Under the pieces are notes generated by a model. The model saw only the letters and a list, made by a program, of their open reading frames with translations, made no database searches and was not told the DNA's origin. Shown piece after piece: positions 37,421-51,462 of a stretch of DNA of 64,000 bases. Source of the stretch: Rhizophagus irregularis (taxonomy: Eukaryota); the NCBI RefSeq assembly GCF_026210795.1, contig NC_089433.1, forward strand, positions 1,922,001 through 1,986,000. Reading direction: 5' to 3'. Position numbers and translations under genes: made by a program. Each line of letters begins with the position of its first letter. Within the stretch, counting starts at the first letter, position 1.

Positions 37421-40400
37421 TTACCAGAAAGAAATCCTAAGAGGTTGAACTGTTAAGCGGCGCAGAAAATCCAAGTGCGAGATCCATGATCCGCCCCGAA
37501 TTATAGAAGAGGATATCCAAGAAATCCAGGAATCCTGAGAGACTGACGCCAAAGAAGAGTTGTGAATATGTGAAGAAATAGCAGTAAAAGGAGGATTTGA
37601 AGATGGGCCACGTAATTTGGAAGCAGCCGAGATACCCTGTGACTCTTCCCAAGCATGGAAAAGAATATTACGACATAACCAAATTTCACCATATAGTTCG
37701 ATCTGGAAGTCGTTAAGAAGAGTCGAAATAGTCTTATAAATAACCGAAAGAGGGAAATATTGTTTCAGAAAATTCGTCAAATGCGCAGGTAACAATCCTC
37801 TAGTAAGCCAAAGATAGGATGAAGAAGGAGTTTCATAGTTCCAACAATCAAGAGCAGAGAATGCAACATGGAAATTAGAGTCCAAAGGTTTCAAGGACAA
37901 AAATGAGGATAGACACGAATCTCTGAATTTAACAACTTCAGAACGATGTGTCGAACATGGATTAAGTTCTGGAAGAATATAAGGACAAGTCCAAAGATGG
38001 TTCAAATCTTCAGGAGCGGAATTGCATTGTGGACAAAGCCAATCCGGAGAGTATAAATAAGGTTTGCGTTGTTGAAGAGTAGTTAAAGTGGGCAGCATAT
38101 CCAGAAGAAGTTTGATACGGAAGATCCAGAATTCAGGACGACCATTCTTATGCGAAGCAAAGCCTTTAATTTGCGAAAGGCAAAAGTATATACCAGCCCA
38201 ATCAAAAAGTGATGGAGAGCCAAGAGCAGTGAATCGTGCCATTGAACAAAAAGATAAAAGTGCGCAAGCATCTGCTATAGACCGGAGGAAGTGCCGAATA
38301 TTCATGTCAATAGGCAAAGAATTAAAAGTTAAAAAGCATGGGACATGACAAAATGCCAAAGGTGAGACGGTAGGTTGCGAAGACAAATGAGAAGCTTTTG
38401 CCAAAGAGTCCACTTGTACATTGTAGAAATCATCACCATGAGCAGGGACTTTAATCAAATTGACAATAAGCTTACGATCTTTGATCAGTTGTCGAATAGA
38501 AAGCCAAAGAAGGTGATTGTGTTCACGAAGCAACTTCGGTGAGAAGGGAACATCAACAAAGCGTTTCCATAATGAAATTAACTGACTACAGTCGGTATAA
38601 ACAGAGATTGAAGAACCATGGGAAAGAGCGTTTAGCCCTAATACAATAGCATAGATCTCAGAACGTAAGGCTGAAGGGAAACATGAAGGAATTTGTAAAG
38701 ATGAAGATTCAAGGATAAGTCCGTCATCATCAAGAGCAAGCCAGGCAGAAGCCATGGAAGAAGGTGAAGAGTCTGTAGCAGTATGAAAAGAACCATCAGT
38801 ATACAAAGATTGCACAGAAAGTGGCAAAACTTTATCATCAGTCGTATCCATAAAGGGAGAAGAGAGGGCGGAAAAAGTAGGTAAAGACGGGTTTGTCAAA
38901 TGAACAAGAGCCAGAGAAGTAGCATAACTTCATGAAGTAGATAAAGTTATGGGAAGATAAGCCGCAAATACTTTGGCATTTCTGGTAGGATAACCTACGG
39001 TATCTGATAAGATCACATTAAAAAAGCATTTCTCACTATTACAGCGTTGTTTGATTGCAGATTTCTTGGATAGAGCGGGGATATTAAAGGAACAACCAGG
39101 ACAAGGATTATAAGATCGTTCATCAGCAGAAGAAGATACAGAGAGCCAATGAGACATGATAGCAGAGTTTTGTTTCTTGTAGGTAATACAAACATGGCCT
39201 ACGGATAGAGTTTGGGTAGCAGAATCAAAATTGATAGCCCATTGAGGATAAAAGTGATAATCTTTAACAGTATGATCTAATAAACAAGGTGAAGCTAAAG
39301 TAAAAGAAGAATTAATAAAATACAAGGGTAAAAATAAAGAAGAAGAAGAAGAAGAAAGAAAATTATTTTTAATAAAGTTAAACCAAATAGGGATCCGTCC
39401 TTTACGGCCCACAATACCAAGATAACGAAGGTCAGACCAATTCATAAGATAACGTCCACAAGGAGAAGCCAACTGGGCAAGTACGAAGATATTCAAATGT
39501 TTCCAAAGTTTCCAACTTATTTGAAAAATTGATTGTGGTAAAACAGTTCGGAGTGGTAACGCTAATTGTAAATCCTGCCTCGGAGGTTGGAAGGGAAGGG
39601 ACCACGTGATACTTAGACGCGAAGAAAATAATAATGAATTAAACAAAGTATGCGTCCGAAGAGAGACGACCTGTGACCATGGTTCCAAGTTGATAGTAGT
39701 TGGGCAACTTTCAGCACCCAAATATCCTTGAAGATAGGAGATAGCATAGAGGGCAAAATCTTTGAAATCAGGATGAGTGAAAATTTTTTGCCAAGATGCA
39801 ATATGGGAAGAAAGAAATCGATAAAAAGCATTCTGAATCGAAAAGGGAAGTTTAAAAAATAACAAGGCCAATGGAGTAGTCGCAGCAAGTCCAGCTTTTC
39901 TTCGAAGTACTGAAAACATAGGCTTGACTATTGAGTGAATAGTACTGTCAGAGAAAAGGGTGGTTTGAAGACGAAATTCCAATCGCGGAAGAAGGACAGC
40001 GTTATAGAGATAGGCCACATGTTGTGCTAATAGTTTCTTTGGACCCAGAAGAGCAGCCATATCTTTAACCATGGAGCGCGCTTGTTTAAGAACAAAAGCA
40101 GAAGAGGCGGATAAGGAAAACCAAACACCTAAAAAGCGAAAGGAAGTATTAAGAGATAAAGAAGAGAGAGAAAGAAAGGTATTGGAAATTAAACATGAAG
40201 GTGAAAGTTCGAAGGTAATCTTCGAAGAAGGAGAAGAGGATGAAAGAAGAACATATTTTGCTGAATTGGCTTGAACATTATTTAAAGTATAAAATTCAGC
40301 AGTAATAGAAAGGCAATCTTCAATTCCAGATTTTGAAGAAGCAATAAGGGTAGAATCGTCCATGAACGTCAAATGTGAAATTGGTAAAGAATGTTGTTCA

Positions 40401-42807
40401 AATTCAAGTGGAGAATAAGTTAAAAGAGCTGAAGATTTTAAAATAAAAGGATCTCGTGCTTCACAATTCAAAACAGTAAGTAAAGGGTCCAAGTAAATAA
40501 CCCAGAGAAGAGGGAAAATAATTTCTCCTTGATCGATACCAACACGTACTCGATAAGCAGCTGTATCACCGTGACAAGTAATTATCTTATTATTTCATCG
40601 TGTAAAAAGATTCAAAATAAATTGCACTAAAAGTGCAAGGATATGTAATCTATCTAAAGCTAATTTAAGCATATTTAAGTCCATGGAATCAAAAGCTTTA
40701 GAGATATCTTGAGAAACGATCCATAATTCCTGATCATCAGTAGAGTCATGTTTTTGTTGATGGATAATCGCATCAAGCATTTTGATAGGGACATCCGTAG
40801 AACCACCAGGTAAACCAGCAAAATTACCACCTTGGAGAATTTTATTATCAGCAAGGATGTTGGAGAGACGATTCGTGACGACCTTAACTACACATTTACG
40901 AACTGTTTCCAGAAGAGTAATGGGTCGAGTGTTCTTAAGTTGAGCATCAAAATCATGAGGTTTAGGAATAGGATAAACTACAGCCTCACGCCAGTCAGCA
41001 GGGATATCACCGCGAGAAAGGCAGGTATTCGCAAGTAAAAGAGAGAAATCCAAGGCTTCACCGGATAAATGCTTTATTATTTCATAAGAAATTTTTGAAG
41101 GGCCAGAAGCTTTGTTATTAGGCATGGAAGAAATCACATCAGACCATTCTTGTAGAAAAATGGGTGCCAAAACAGGGTTATATAATGAGGCAGACACATC
41201 GGAGAGAGGGTGTAAGCTTGTTGCCAACGAACAGGAAATGAAGCAATAGAAGAGTAGTGGACCAACGGAGGAGAAACAATTGATTGGAAATGAGTAATAG
41301 CAGCTTGCTTAATATCCGAAGGATCCGTTAATAAAGTAGGAGTAGAATCCAGGACAACTAGGACGCGGTCGAGAACAATCGAACGTTTTTCTACTGATAA
41401 GGCAGAATCTATAAAAGTGCCAAGTGAGTTCGAAAAGTGTTCATCACGTAAGGCAGTGTAGTATTCCACGGAGTCCGTAAGATGTTGGGCAAATTTAGTA
41501 GATAGAAAGGCAGAAACTAAATTCTTTTGCGATCGTAAAAATGATTTAAATCCAGATACGGGAGTAGTAGAATAAGTAGGAACTGAATAATCAGGAAGCA
41601 AGGATGCAAGATTCATTAGATGAGTAGGCAAAGCAGCAGTCATTTGTGACAGTTGAGTAGGCCGATTAGGACGACGAGTTGTAAGACAATATAAAAATCG
41701 ATCTAAAAACTTGTTAATGGCAATAAGTTTAGTTAATTCAGGAGAGTACGAATGTCGGTGTGTATTGGAGACTTTTTGAAAGGGTAAAGTTTCAATTGCA
41801 GCACTGAGTATGGTGGCTTTCAATGCATGCCACATACGATCAAGAGAAAGAGAGGAGAAATCAAAATTGGGGTGATATTGCTTGTCTAAATATACTCCAA
41901 GAGAATCATCTACTTACGTGGTAAAATTATTCCATTGTTCAACTGAAGTGGAAGTATAAGAAAAAATAGTACGCGTTTCTTTTTTTTGTTTAAGACGAGA
42001 TTTAGCTAAAATAGCCAGACAAGAACTGAAGTCAAAAACAGTTGTAAGAACTTTGTGATCTGTAAAAGGACGATCAAGGAGATTGGGGCAAGTAACCACT
42101 TGCGAAAAGAGACCAGGAGCGGGAAAACCAGGTGAAGACCAGATATAATCCAGTCTAGAAGATCCATTATCATGAAAAAAGATAGGATCAGGACCATCAA
42201 TAGAAGAATAGGCTTGATGATCGGTAAAAAATCGAGAAGAAAGTAAACGAAGGAGTTTAAAATGATTGGGGGGATAATTAGAATGAGCAACTTCATCAAT
42301 ATTGAAGTCACCAAGTATTATTACAAAATAATTATTAGTACGTGCATGATCAAGCCAAGAAAGAAGTTTGGCAATAAGATCATTGCAAATAGATTGATAA
42401 ATAGAACCAGAAGGGGGATAATATATAGAAATAATAGAGATTTTAATTTGATGAAAAAATAAATCTAATTTAAGAAGTCGACCTTTCCAAGGATCGATTG
42501 TTTGAACATGTTTATGAAGGGGGTTACGTAATAAAATGCCAACACCATCATGAGGATGAGAGGAGGATGAGCAGGCCCAATAGGACTGAAAATGATGTTG
42601 GGAGTGTTCGTTTTTAAAAATAAATTTAGTATTAGAAGGGGAAAGGCGGGTATTATTAACAGATAGAGCACCAAAAGAAGAATGAAGAAAAAAATTAAGC
42701 AAATGTTGTTGTTGAACAGAGGAACATAATCCATTTACATTAATTTGACCAAATTTAATAAGGGGAGAAGGGTGGGGAGAAAAATTATGTTTATTGTTGT
42801 CCATCAT
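37421..42807 (-). pseudogene. LINE B ORF2 (APE - RT - RNase H - C-terminal zinc finger)
   Basis: APE: QINVNGL, ILGDFN, RLDYIW, TDH. RT: KASGPS, NTRPITLL, QDISKAFDS, FMDDSTL, FLGVW. RNase H: LYTDGS, RSEIYAI, YTDC, KVPAHG. Finger: CPQC...HLWTC. Split by stops and frameshifts. Confidence 0.92.
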
Positions 42808-44164
42808 TATTACACACTGATAAAACGGTAATAAAGAAGGGGAAAGAAAAACAACAATTATTGATTAGCTTGGCCATGTTGGCGAGCTAAGATGAGGTTG
42901 TTTTGTTGGATTCCTTCTTTAATTGAACCAGCCAAAGAGGCAACAGTATCAGAAAGAGAGGAGAGACGCTGTTCCATATCAATAGGAGAGGAAGGAGCGA
43001 CGTTGGAAGGTGGAATAGGAGCAAATTGAGGAATCGGAGTAAATCCACTTGTTGATTGTAAAGGAGGAGAATTAATATCAACAAGGATATTGTTATTAGT
43101 ATTGTTCACTAAATCATCCCATCCTTGCATAGAGGAAGGGATGTAGGAGGGCGGTTTTGCGACAAAAGGTCCTGGAACAGGAGCACAAGCAGCCATAGCA
43201 GATTCCAATTTGGTGATGCGGCTGTTCATGGTAGCAAATTGTGTGGTAAGAAGGGCTAATTCTTCAACTACTTTTTCAAGAGCAGCACCGATAGATTTCC
43301 AATCAGTAAGCACAGTAGGAGGGGCAGGGTATGTAATATTCATGCCATCAGCATAGTGATCAAGTTCATTTGCATCAGGAATACGACGATGTTGATTATT
43401 GTTGTGCTTATTATTAAGATTATCACGATTCTATGGTCGGCGTTGAGAGCGAGAACGAGATTGTTATCGATTATTAGGTCTGGAATTAGAACGATGGCGA
43501 GAAGCACTAGTATGGTGATGTCCATCATTATTATTATCAGGGCGGGCAAAACGATTATGTCGTTTAGCAGGATGAGAAGGAGGCAAATGCTTATTATATA
43601 AAGCACGTAATTTATCATTAGATTGCCAAGGGCGAGAAGGGCGATTAGGTCTAGATGAAGAACCACATCGGTCAGGGTTACAATTAGGGCGACCACATCG
43701 ATGACAAAGAAAAGTGACTTCATCCGGAGAATGCCAGGTAAGGCCAACATTCTTGAGGGTGCATAAAATAGATTTTGCATTTTCCATAGCCGTTTCAGAG
43801 GCAAAATGGCAATAGGCATAAGGCTTGGGATTATAAGAATTCATAGAGAAGGGAACATTAATAGATTTAGCGGAAATTTCATCAGCAATTTCGGCAAGAT
43901 CGACCGCAATAGTACCACGCGGAAGACCAGCAAGTAAAGCAACAAAAGCGCGTCTTTCAGCGCGTTGGTCAGGTGAGAAAGTAGCGGGGCAGACGCGTAA
44001 GCAATGTCCACCACAAAGGACGCCCCAAGTAGAGTCGAGGTTCTGTAATGCACCAGTAGATTCAAAGGTAATGTATGCAGTACGATAAAGTTTAGATAAA
44101 TGGGTATGGCAGCGAGTAATATTGCCATAACGACATCAGGAAATTTTATAGCGCAAAAAATTGC

Positions 44165-44700
44165 GTAAGTTTACGATTTTGTAAGTTTATGAAAGTTTAT
44201 GGCATAATATTTCGAAAAATTTCAAAATATTACGTAAGTTTACAATTTCGTAAGATTTATGTGATATTACGGTTAAAATATTACGTAAGTTTACAATATC
44301 GTAAGATTTACGCAATATTATGGTCAAAATATTCTGCAAATTTACGAAACTGTAAACCTGCGTAATATTACGGTTGAAATATTTCGAAAATTTACGAAAC
44401 TGTAAACCTGCGTAATATTACGGTTGAAATATTTTGAAAATTTACGAAACTGTAAACCTGCGTAATATTACGGTTAAAATATTTCGAAAATTTACGAGAC
44501 TGTAAACCTGCGTAATATTACGGTTGAAATATTTCGAAAATTTACGAGACTGTAAACCTGCGTAATATTACGGTTAAAATATTTCGAAAATTTACGAAAC
44601 TGTAAACCTGCGTAATATTACGGTTGAAATATTTCGAAAATTTACGAGACTGTAAACCTGCGTAATATTCCGTTTCGAAAATTTACGAGATTGTAAACTG
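44165..44700. repeat. Left subterminal array of Plavaka copy 2 (50-bp unit)
   Basis: TTTACGAAACTGTAAACCTGCGTAATATTACGGTTGAAATATTTCGAAAA recurs every 50 bp from 44341 to ~44670, with degenerate copies upstream. Confidence 0.9.
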
Positions 44701-45067
44701 CGTATGCAGTAGAACGTATACAAGGGGCATGTGATACTATTGAATAATCAAAAATAATATAAACACCTTTTCTTTTATATAAACACCTTTTTTTTAAGTT
44801 TGGGAAAGCAAATTTATTTTTATTTACGAATTTTTTATTATTTACAATTTTTATGTTAAAAATTAAAGTAAATTCTAATTTTTATTATAACTTAATAAAA
44901 AAATATACATTTGATACTTGTTCGCTACTATTTTATAAAATAGTACCCAGGCTGTACGGCGTGGACGTCAGTATCAGTCACAGCCCAAAAAAAACGTGAG
45001 TCTCCAGCCGATATTTGGTACGGACTGGGCCTAGCTACTCACTTAATAAATAAAAAAATAAAAATAA

Positions 45068-45709
45068 TTATCTTCTACGATACGTAGGTAAGTTTCTCCT
45101 TCTCCTACGATCATCACGCGTATCTAAAATTGATCAAATTTATCAAATTTAAAATGTGAACGTAAAATAGAATGTAATATTAATTATAAAATTTTATTAT
45201 AGTATAATTACCCGGCCTCTCCCAAAATCTCGTTCTAAATTCGCGATAATATCTTTGGCCGGTACGCGTCCACAGCCGCCGCCCAGGCCGATCAGGGGTA
45301 CCATTACGATAAAGGACATAGTTCTAAATATCAAAATCAGTTTGAATATTCGGTAAATACATTTAATTTAAATGAATGTAATTTTATTTATTTACTTACA
45401 TGGTAATCCCTGACGAGGTTCCTCCACTTTTGGCTGCACTGTTGCCCGGAAACCCTCGTTCGAAATATTCTATTTATTCTGATTCAATTAAATGGATTGG
45501 TTAATTTGAATTTAAATTCTTTCTTAAAGAAAATTATAGATATTAGTCATATGAACCTATTGGCAACAGAGTCCCCAAAAATCATGGCGGCTTCTACCAT
45601 TAATATTATGGTAGGCGCGGTTTCTGTCGCGGCGTATGTCGACAAGTTCGTCCATCATAGCCCAGTTCCAATGGACGTTATAGGAACGATGACGTGTTTG
45701 ACGAGGCAT
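45068..45709 (-). pseudogene. Four-exon Myb/SANT-like (trihelix-type) DNA-binding protein gene, ~132 aa, one 1-nt frameshift
   Basis: Exons 45709-45557, 45478-45400, 45323-45212 and 45123-45068, all with GT-AG introns and consistent phases. Product is MPRQ..VHWNWAMMDELVDIRR..HDFW(fs)DSVANRINRIFRTRVSGQQCSQKWRNLVRDYH..FWERPD..RRR*. Confidence 0.78.
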
Positions 45710-46220
45710 TATTAGATTTGATTTTATTTTTATAATTTGATTTTGGGATGAGTAAAAATTTGAAAGAAAGTCGTAAAATGTCACTTTAAATAAAATTTGA
45801 ACAATACCTCTTTGGTTTGATTTTATTTCTCGTTTCAATTAAAATTTAATTTATTAGACTTTTCATCATTAAACATATTAATTAAATCTCATGCGGATAT
45901 GGATTATCTAAATATAAATATCATGATTCTAAATATAGATATAAATCACTTAATTTATTTTAATTTTTTTTTAAAAAAAAATCTTAGTTTGATTTCAATT
46001 AAAAATAATTAAAAATCATGTACATGTTTTGGTTATTTAAATATAAATATCAATATATTATATTTAAAAATAAAACAATTTATTATTAGCACATTCTATT
46101 GAATTTTAAAAAAAAATCATCAATATATCATATTTAAAAATAAAACAATTATATTCTGATTAAATATTTTGCGTACATTTCTTAAAAAAATCATAAAAAA
46201 AATCTTGTACGTCGTACATG

Positions 46221-46420
46221 CAATTACTAAATATCATCCCCTTGTGATAAATAAAAAATTACGCAACACAAATTCAACACAAACTCAACACAAATTTAAC
46301 AAATTTAACGAAATTTGGCCAAAATTAACAAATTTTTTACTAGAATTATCAACACAAATTGAACACAAATTTCAGTCACGATTTATTTATGTCACGCCCG
46401 TGTTGTTAATAATTAAATAA
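46221..46420 (+). repeat. Internal inverted repeat, left arm (partner 54052-54238)
   Basis: CAATTACTAAATATCATCCCCTTGTGATAAAT...GTCACGCCCGTGTTGTTAA is the reverse complement of 54052-54238 with few differences. Confidence 0.9.
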
Positions 46421-46518
46421 ATAAATCTGCATTTTATTTATGATATGGAAAACGTGACCATAAATTCTTTTAAGGATATAATTTTATTAAAATAAATCAA
46501 AACTCCTATATCAAGTGA

Positions 46519-49500
46519 CTAAAAAATATATTTATTTACGAAATATTCATTTTGTTTATCAAATCGGGGTACTATGTGAACGACACCATGTATAGACTCT
46601 ATAGCTACAAAGTTATATAATTCTATTAATTTTAAGTGAGGACATCCATATAAATATGGGTTCCTTTTAGATTTAAAATCGTACCATTGAATTAATGCAA
46701 GATTTAGCGGTGGGTCTGTTAATACTTCTGCTAACAATAAGGCCTATAAATAATAAATATTTATTAATACTTTTATAATAAATTATTACATAAATTGGAA
46801 AAATACCTGTCCATAACAAAGTCCTTTGTCTGATATATAATCATTTGATTCTTCAGAATCCATTGAAATAGCTATGTCGCTAAACCATACTTTATTATGA
46901 TACCTGTTTGTGGCACACATTATGGCACCATTTTCCAGTGTTACCGATCTGTATATGTTTATTCGGATTTCACCAATAATTGTGAAACCATCAAGTAAAT
47001 CTAGATATGAATCCAGACAACTTATAAATCTAGCAAAACCAGTCTGCATTTTATTGTCTACGGAATCTTTTTTTTCATTAAAAAATGTATTTGCATTTTG
47101 TAAAGAGAATTCAAAGAGTCTTGCAGAAAATTTACAAGTGTGAGGTGTTTTTGCCGGATTCACTGAATGTTGAGACATTCTAATAGATATTGCTTGACGT
47201 TTTATCTATTAATTTAATTTCCATCTTAAGTTATATAATAAATATATACAATAAATAAAATTTTCAAATACTTACAGTTCGTAAAATCTGAGGTTTGACA
47301 TCTTTTTTATTGCTAATTCGGTAGGGTATTTTAACGAAATATTTGTGAAGACTTTCGTAAGTTTCTGTAGTATAGCCATTTATTACGCCATAAGATCGTA
47401 TTGAGTCAATAATATGATAAACCCATGAATGCAATTTAGGTAACTTCAAATTGGAAGGAGAAACAAATTTAAAAGCCTTGACAAACATCCGAGCCCATCT
47501 ATGTATTGCATTCTAAAACTTAAATGTTAATTTAATTTATTTAATTTAAATTTTCAATTTTACTAAAATTTTAATACATACATTAAATTTCTCCAAGTCA
47601 CTTTCACTAAATTCTTCATATCTACTTAAAATATACATTTCATTCCAATATTCGTACAATTTCGTAAGATCATCATTATTTACAAAATTATCTACTTCAT
47701 TGTTATTTTCATCATATAAATTATCAATAACAAATATCATGACTTTCATCAAACTTCGATATTCATTAGCAGTTAATCTTGCAATTGACTGCAGTCCATT
47801 GGAAAAAATTTTAATGGCGGGAAAACGTGGGATTGCTGCTAGACGGTGATCTACTTCTTCAACTAATTTATTACCATTAACATGTTGCAATTTTAAGATA
47901 TCGCACGTGAAGATAATTTGATAACGAAATAAACCTAAATCTAAATGATGCATTCTGTCAGGAACAGTAGCCAAGTAGATATTTATATTCCTTGATAATA
48001 TAAATATTTATAATTAATAGATATATATGTTATTATAATTATTTCTACTTTTGCATACTTACGGTAAATCCCAAAAAAAATTATGTACAGATTCTATGCA
48101 AACAGATCTTTGTGTATCATTTTCAAAATGTTTACGCATTTCATCATGAGTTCTTAGTATTACATCGTTAACCGATAAGTCTATATTTGCAAGATTTTCC
48201 CTTTTAACTAAACAGGAGTGACATGGAAGGTTTGAATTGGAGGATTTATAAACTAAACAAAAACTTGCGGCTTTCGGCCAATCTGCAATAATAGTTGAAA
48301 CTCTAGGATAAAACCAGGTATTTTCATTATTTATAAAAAGGTCTATACCATCTTTTAATAAAATAATAGGTTCTAGTAAATGACGTAAAGATTTATGAAA
48401 GGTATCACGAACCAGATCTTTATTTGCAGCTTCTAAAATTGGTAAATATCCCAAAAGTTGCTTTGCATCCTGTTTATTACGACGCCATATTGGGATATTA
48501 CCTAATGTAATATATATTGGATGCAATTGACTTTTTCCTAATGTATCTGTAGTTGTTGCATCTGAATATAAAATAATTGATAATAATTTGGAACCAGTAG
48601 GTAAGGATTCTTGTGTAGTTTTCCACCATTTTCCAGTGTTTTGTTCACTGTAAATACTTTCTCTATTATACTATAAAATAATATAAATAAATTAAAATAA
48701 ATATTATTTAAATTATTGAATTAACTAATATTTACTATTTACCTCATAGTTTTCGTAAGATAGCGCAAAATTTTGTGTTATGTCAGGAACAGTTAAGATA
48801 TTTTTGATGCACTGTATTAAGTTTTGATAATAAAGAAAATAATCTTTATCTTTATGTTTTGTTATAAGAACTTTACTAAATTTTAAATTAGAAAACTTCA
48901 TATTATTCATAAATGCTCGTCAGGACCCCGAAAAATACATATAAAGGTCACATGTAAGTTTGCTTAACCATATTAGTAAAATTTCCAAAAGTCATAAAAT
49001 TTTATTTGCATAGATTTTGAGATTTTTTAAAAGGTTATATATATAGTTTGCGTAATAACAATCATTTTTATATATGTCATATATTTTAATTTGTGTAGTC
49101 AACGGTATTTTTTAATAAAATATATATATATATATAATTCCAGCAGTCTTCTACTAATTAGCAGCATAACGCCTTGGAATTCCAGCAATTTTCTACTAAT
49201 TAGCAGCATAACGCCTTGAAATTCCAGCAATTTTCTACTAATTAGCAGTATAACGCCTTGGAATTCCAGCGATTTTCTACTAATTAGTAGCATAACGCCT
49301 TGGAATTCCAGCGATTTTCTACTAATTAGCAGCATAATGCCTTGGAATTCCCTAATAAGCAGCATTACGCATAGTATAATATATAAATTTTTGAAAATAC
49401 ATAATTGACAGCTAATCTGATTGATAATAGATAATTTTTTTTTCAATTTTTTGACTTTTAACAGACCGTTTTATTGAAAGAAAAAAATAAAATAATTTTT

Positions 49501-51031
49501 TTTGGTCTGTAACAAACCGTTTTATTCAATAAAATTTTTTTTTTGGCCTTTACTGTTATATTTTTTTAACAACAGGCCATTTTATTAAAAAAAAAATATT
49601 TGATTTAGAATGTTATTAATATTCCTTTTTATTATTTTTCTTTAAAAGTAACTTCTTAAATCTAAAATTTATTATTTTAGATACCAATATCTTGGAAAAA
49701 TATGAGTTAAGAGAAAAGTATAGTCAATTTTTTTGGGAATATTACCATACTAATATTCCTTTTACTTTTTTCTTAGGAACTTGGAATTTAGACTGGAACT
49801 CCAATGCTCACTGTAAGTAAAGAATTTTTTAGCTTTATTTTATTTATTTTAGAAGTATTATTAACATTTCTATTGTTTTTTCTATTAGAAATAGTTTTTA
49901 GATTAAAACTAAACTGAAATTTTTAGTAAGTTGAGAATAGGGTGGAATTTTTTTTGTTTTATATGTGAAGTAGTATTAATATTTTTTTTCTTTAGAAATA
50001 GAATCTTCTTTTAGAAATGATTTTATAAATTATATTCTAAGTTTTTGTTATAATTTATAAAAAAATAATGAACAATCTTTTTGTTTTAGTGTTAATACTT
50101 GAATTATCAAATAATTAAATATAGTAGTATAAATAAATACGTCAGTACAAATTAATTTATGCAATTTGGCATTATGCTAGCAATTGAAAATCAATTATAC
50201 TGGAAGTATATTCTAAATACAACTAATTAAATTAAAAAAAAAGCCATGATTTCATTTTTTTAATATACAAATGTCATAAAAAAAATTTGCTTATTCTAAT
50301 ATAAATTATAAAGTCAGAAGTCAACTTTGCGTATTGATCTTAGTAAAAACATTTGCTTATTTTAAAGCAAAATTTTGCCGATCATCTCTGACTTTTATAT
50401 GTATTTTTCGGGGTCCTTGCTCGTCCCTGTTCGATATTTTTTGGTAATGGTGATTCTGTAAGATTTGAATGTTTATTAAAAAAACGTATTATTTCATTAC
50501 CACCTTTATTATTTATTTTATATTTCGTTACTAATAACATTAGATTTTTATGAGCATCATTAGGAAATTCTGTGCAAGTTTTGGTATTGAGATTTTTGGG
50601 TTCTTCAAAAATTTCAGGCTCTTCAGAAATTTCAAGCTCTTCAGATGAATCTAATATATTTTCAAAGTTACTATCTTCAAGGCTCATCTCTGATATTGCA
50701 CTTCCAATACTGTCAAATGACATATTTTGTACATCATTATCATCATCCACCTAAAATTATAAACCAAATGAGTTAGTATAATTTGAGCTTTTTTCTTAAG
50801 AGCTTTAAAAAGAATAATCTGGAATAACATAATTACCTCAACTTTATCATTTTCATATTCACTACTTAGATTACTTCTTGTATCCATTTCACTGCTATAT
50901 TTTTCACTATCATTATTATCATCATCTTCTTCTACTTCTAATTCTACATTTTTTAAGCATTTTTGGGCGTGTTGAATATATGCAAAGCGTTGACTGAATA
51001 TTCGCATACAAAGGGGGCATTTAAAACTCAT
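46519..51031 (-). pseudogene. Plavaka-family transposase, multi-exon, interrupted by an AGGACCCCG element
   Basis: MSFKCPLC..HAQKC N-terminal finger, IILYSDATT, HPIYITLGNIP.WRRNK, IIADWPK, ATVPDRMHHLDLGLF, LPKLHSW, GYTTETYESLHK and terminal VNKYIF. Confidence 0.88.
48922..50417. mobile_element. AGGACCCCG-family element (1496 bp), 8-bp TSD TGCTCGTC; internal 39-bp repeats and exon/intron-like modules
   Basis: Runs AGGACCCCGAAAAATACATATAAA...TTTATATGTATTTTTCGGGGTCCT. TSD at 48914-48921 and 50418-50425. 39-bp repeats at ~49138-49365. Confidence 0.92.
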
Positions 51032-51185
51032 GTTGCTAAATTAACGCGTCAAATTTGATGAAAAGTATCAATTCACTATTCAATTTATAAGATTTTGTGT
51101 GCTAATAAAATTATATTGCAAATTTATTGTAAAAATTTAATGAATTATTGAATGGATTACAATTGATTGAGTTATTTGAATAGAT

Positions 51186-51462
51186 ACAACTACGCAAATT
51201 TACGCATTAATGAATGGAACTAAGGCTGTAGAATGCTGATGGCTAATGTCGCGAGAATAATTAGCAAATTTACGCATTATATGAAATTCAAAATATGCGA
51301 AACACTCAGCAATTTTGCTGCCAGTACAACTACGCAAATTTACGCATTAATGAATGGAACTGGCTGTAAGAATCTGGTGGCTAATGTCGCGGAATAATTC
51401 GCAAATTTACGCATTATAGCAAAATTTAAAATATGCGAAATACTCAGCAATTTTGCTGCCAG
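51186..51462. repeat. Tandem duplication (~140-bp unit) between the divergent genes of Plavaka copy 2
   Basis: TACAACTACGCAAATTTACGCATTAATGAATGGAACT...CTCAGCAATTTTGCTGCCAG occurs twice. Confidence 0.85.
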
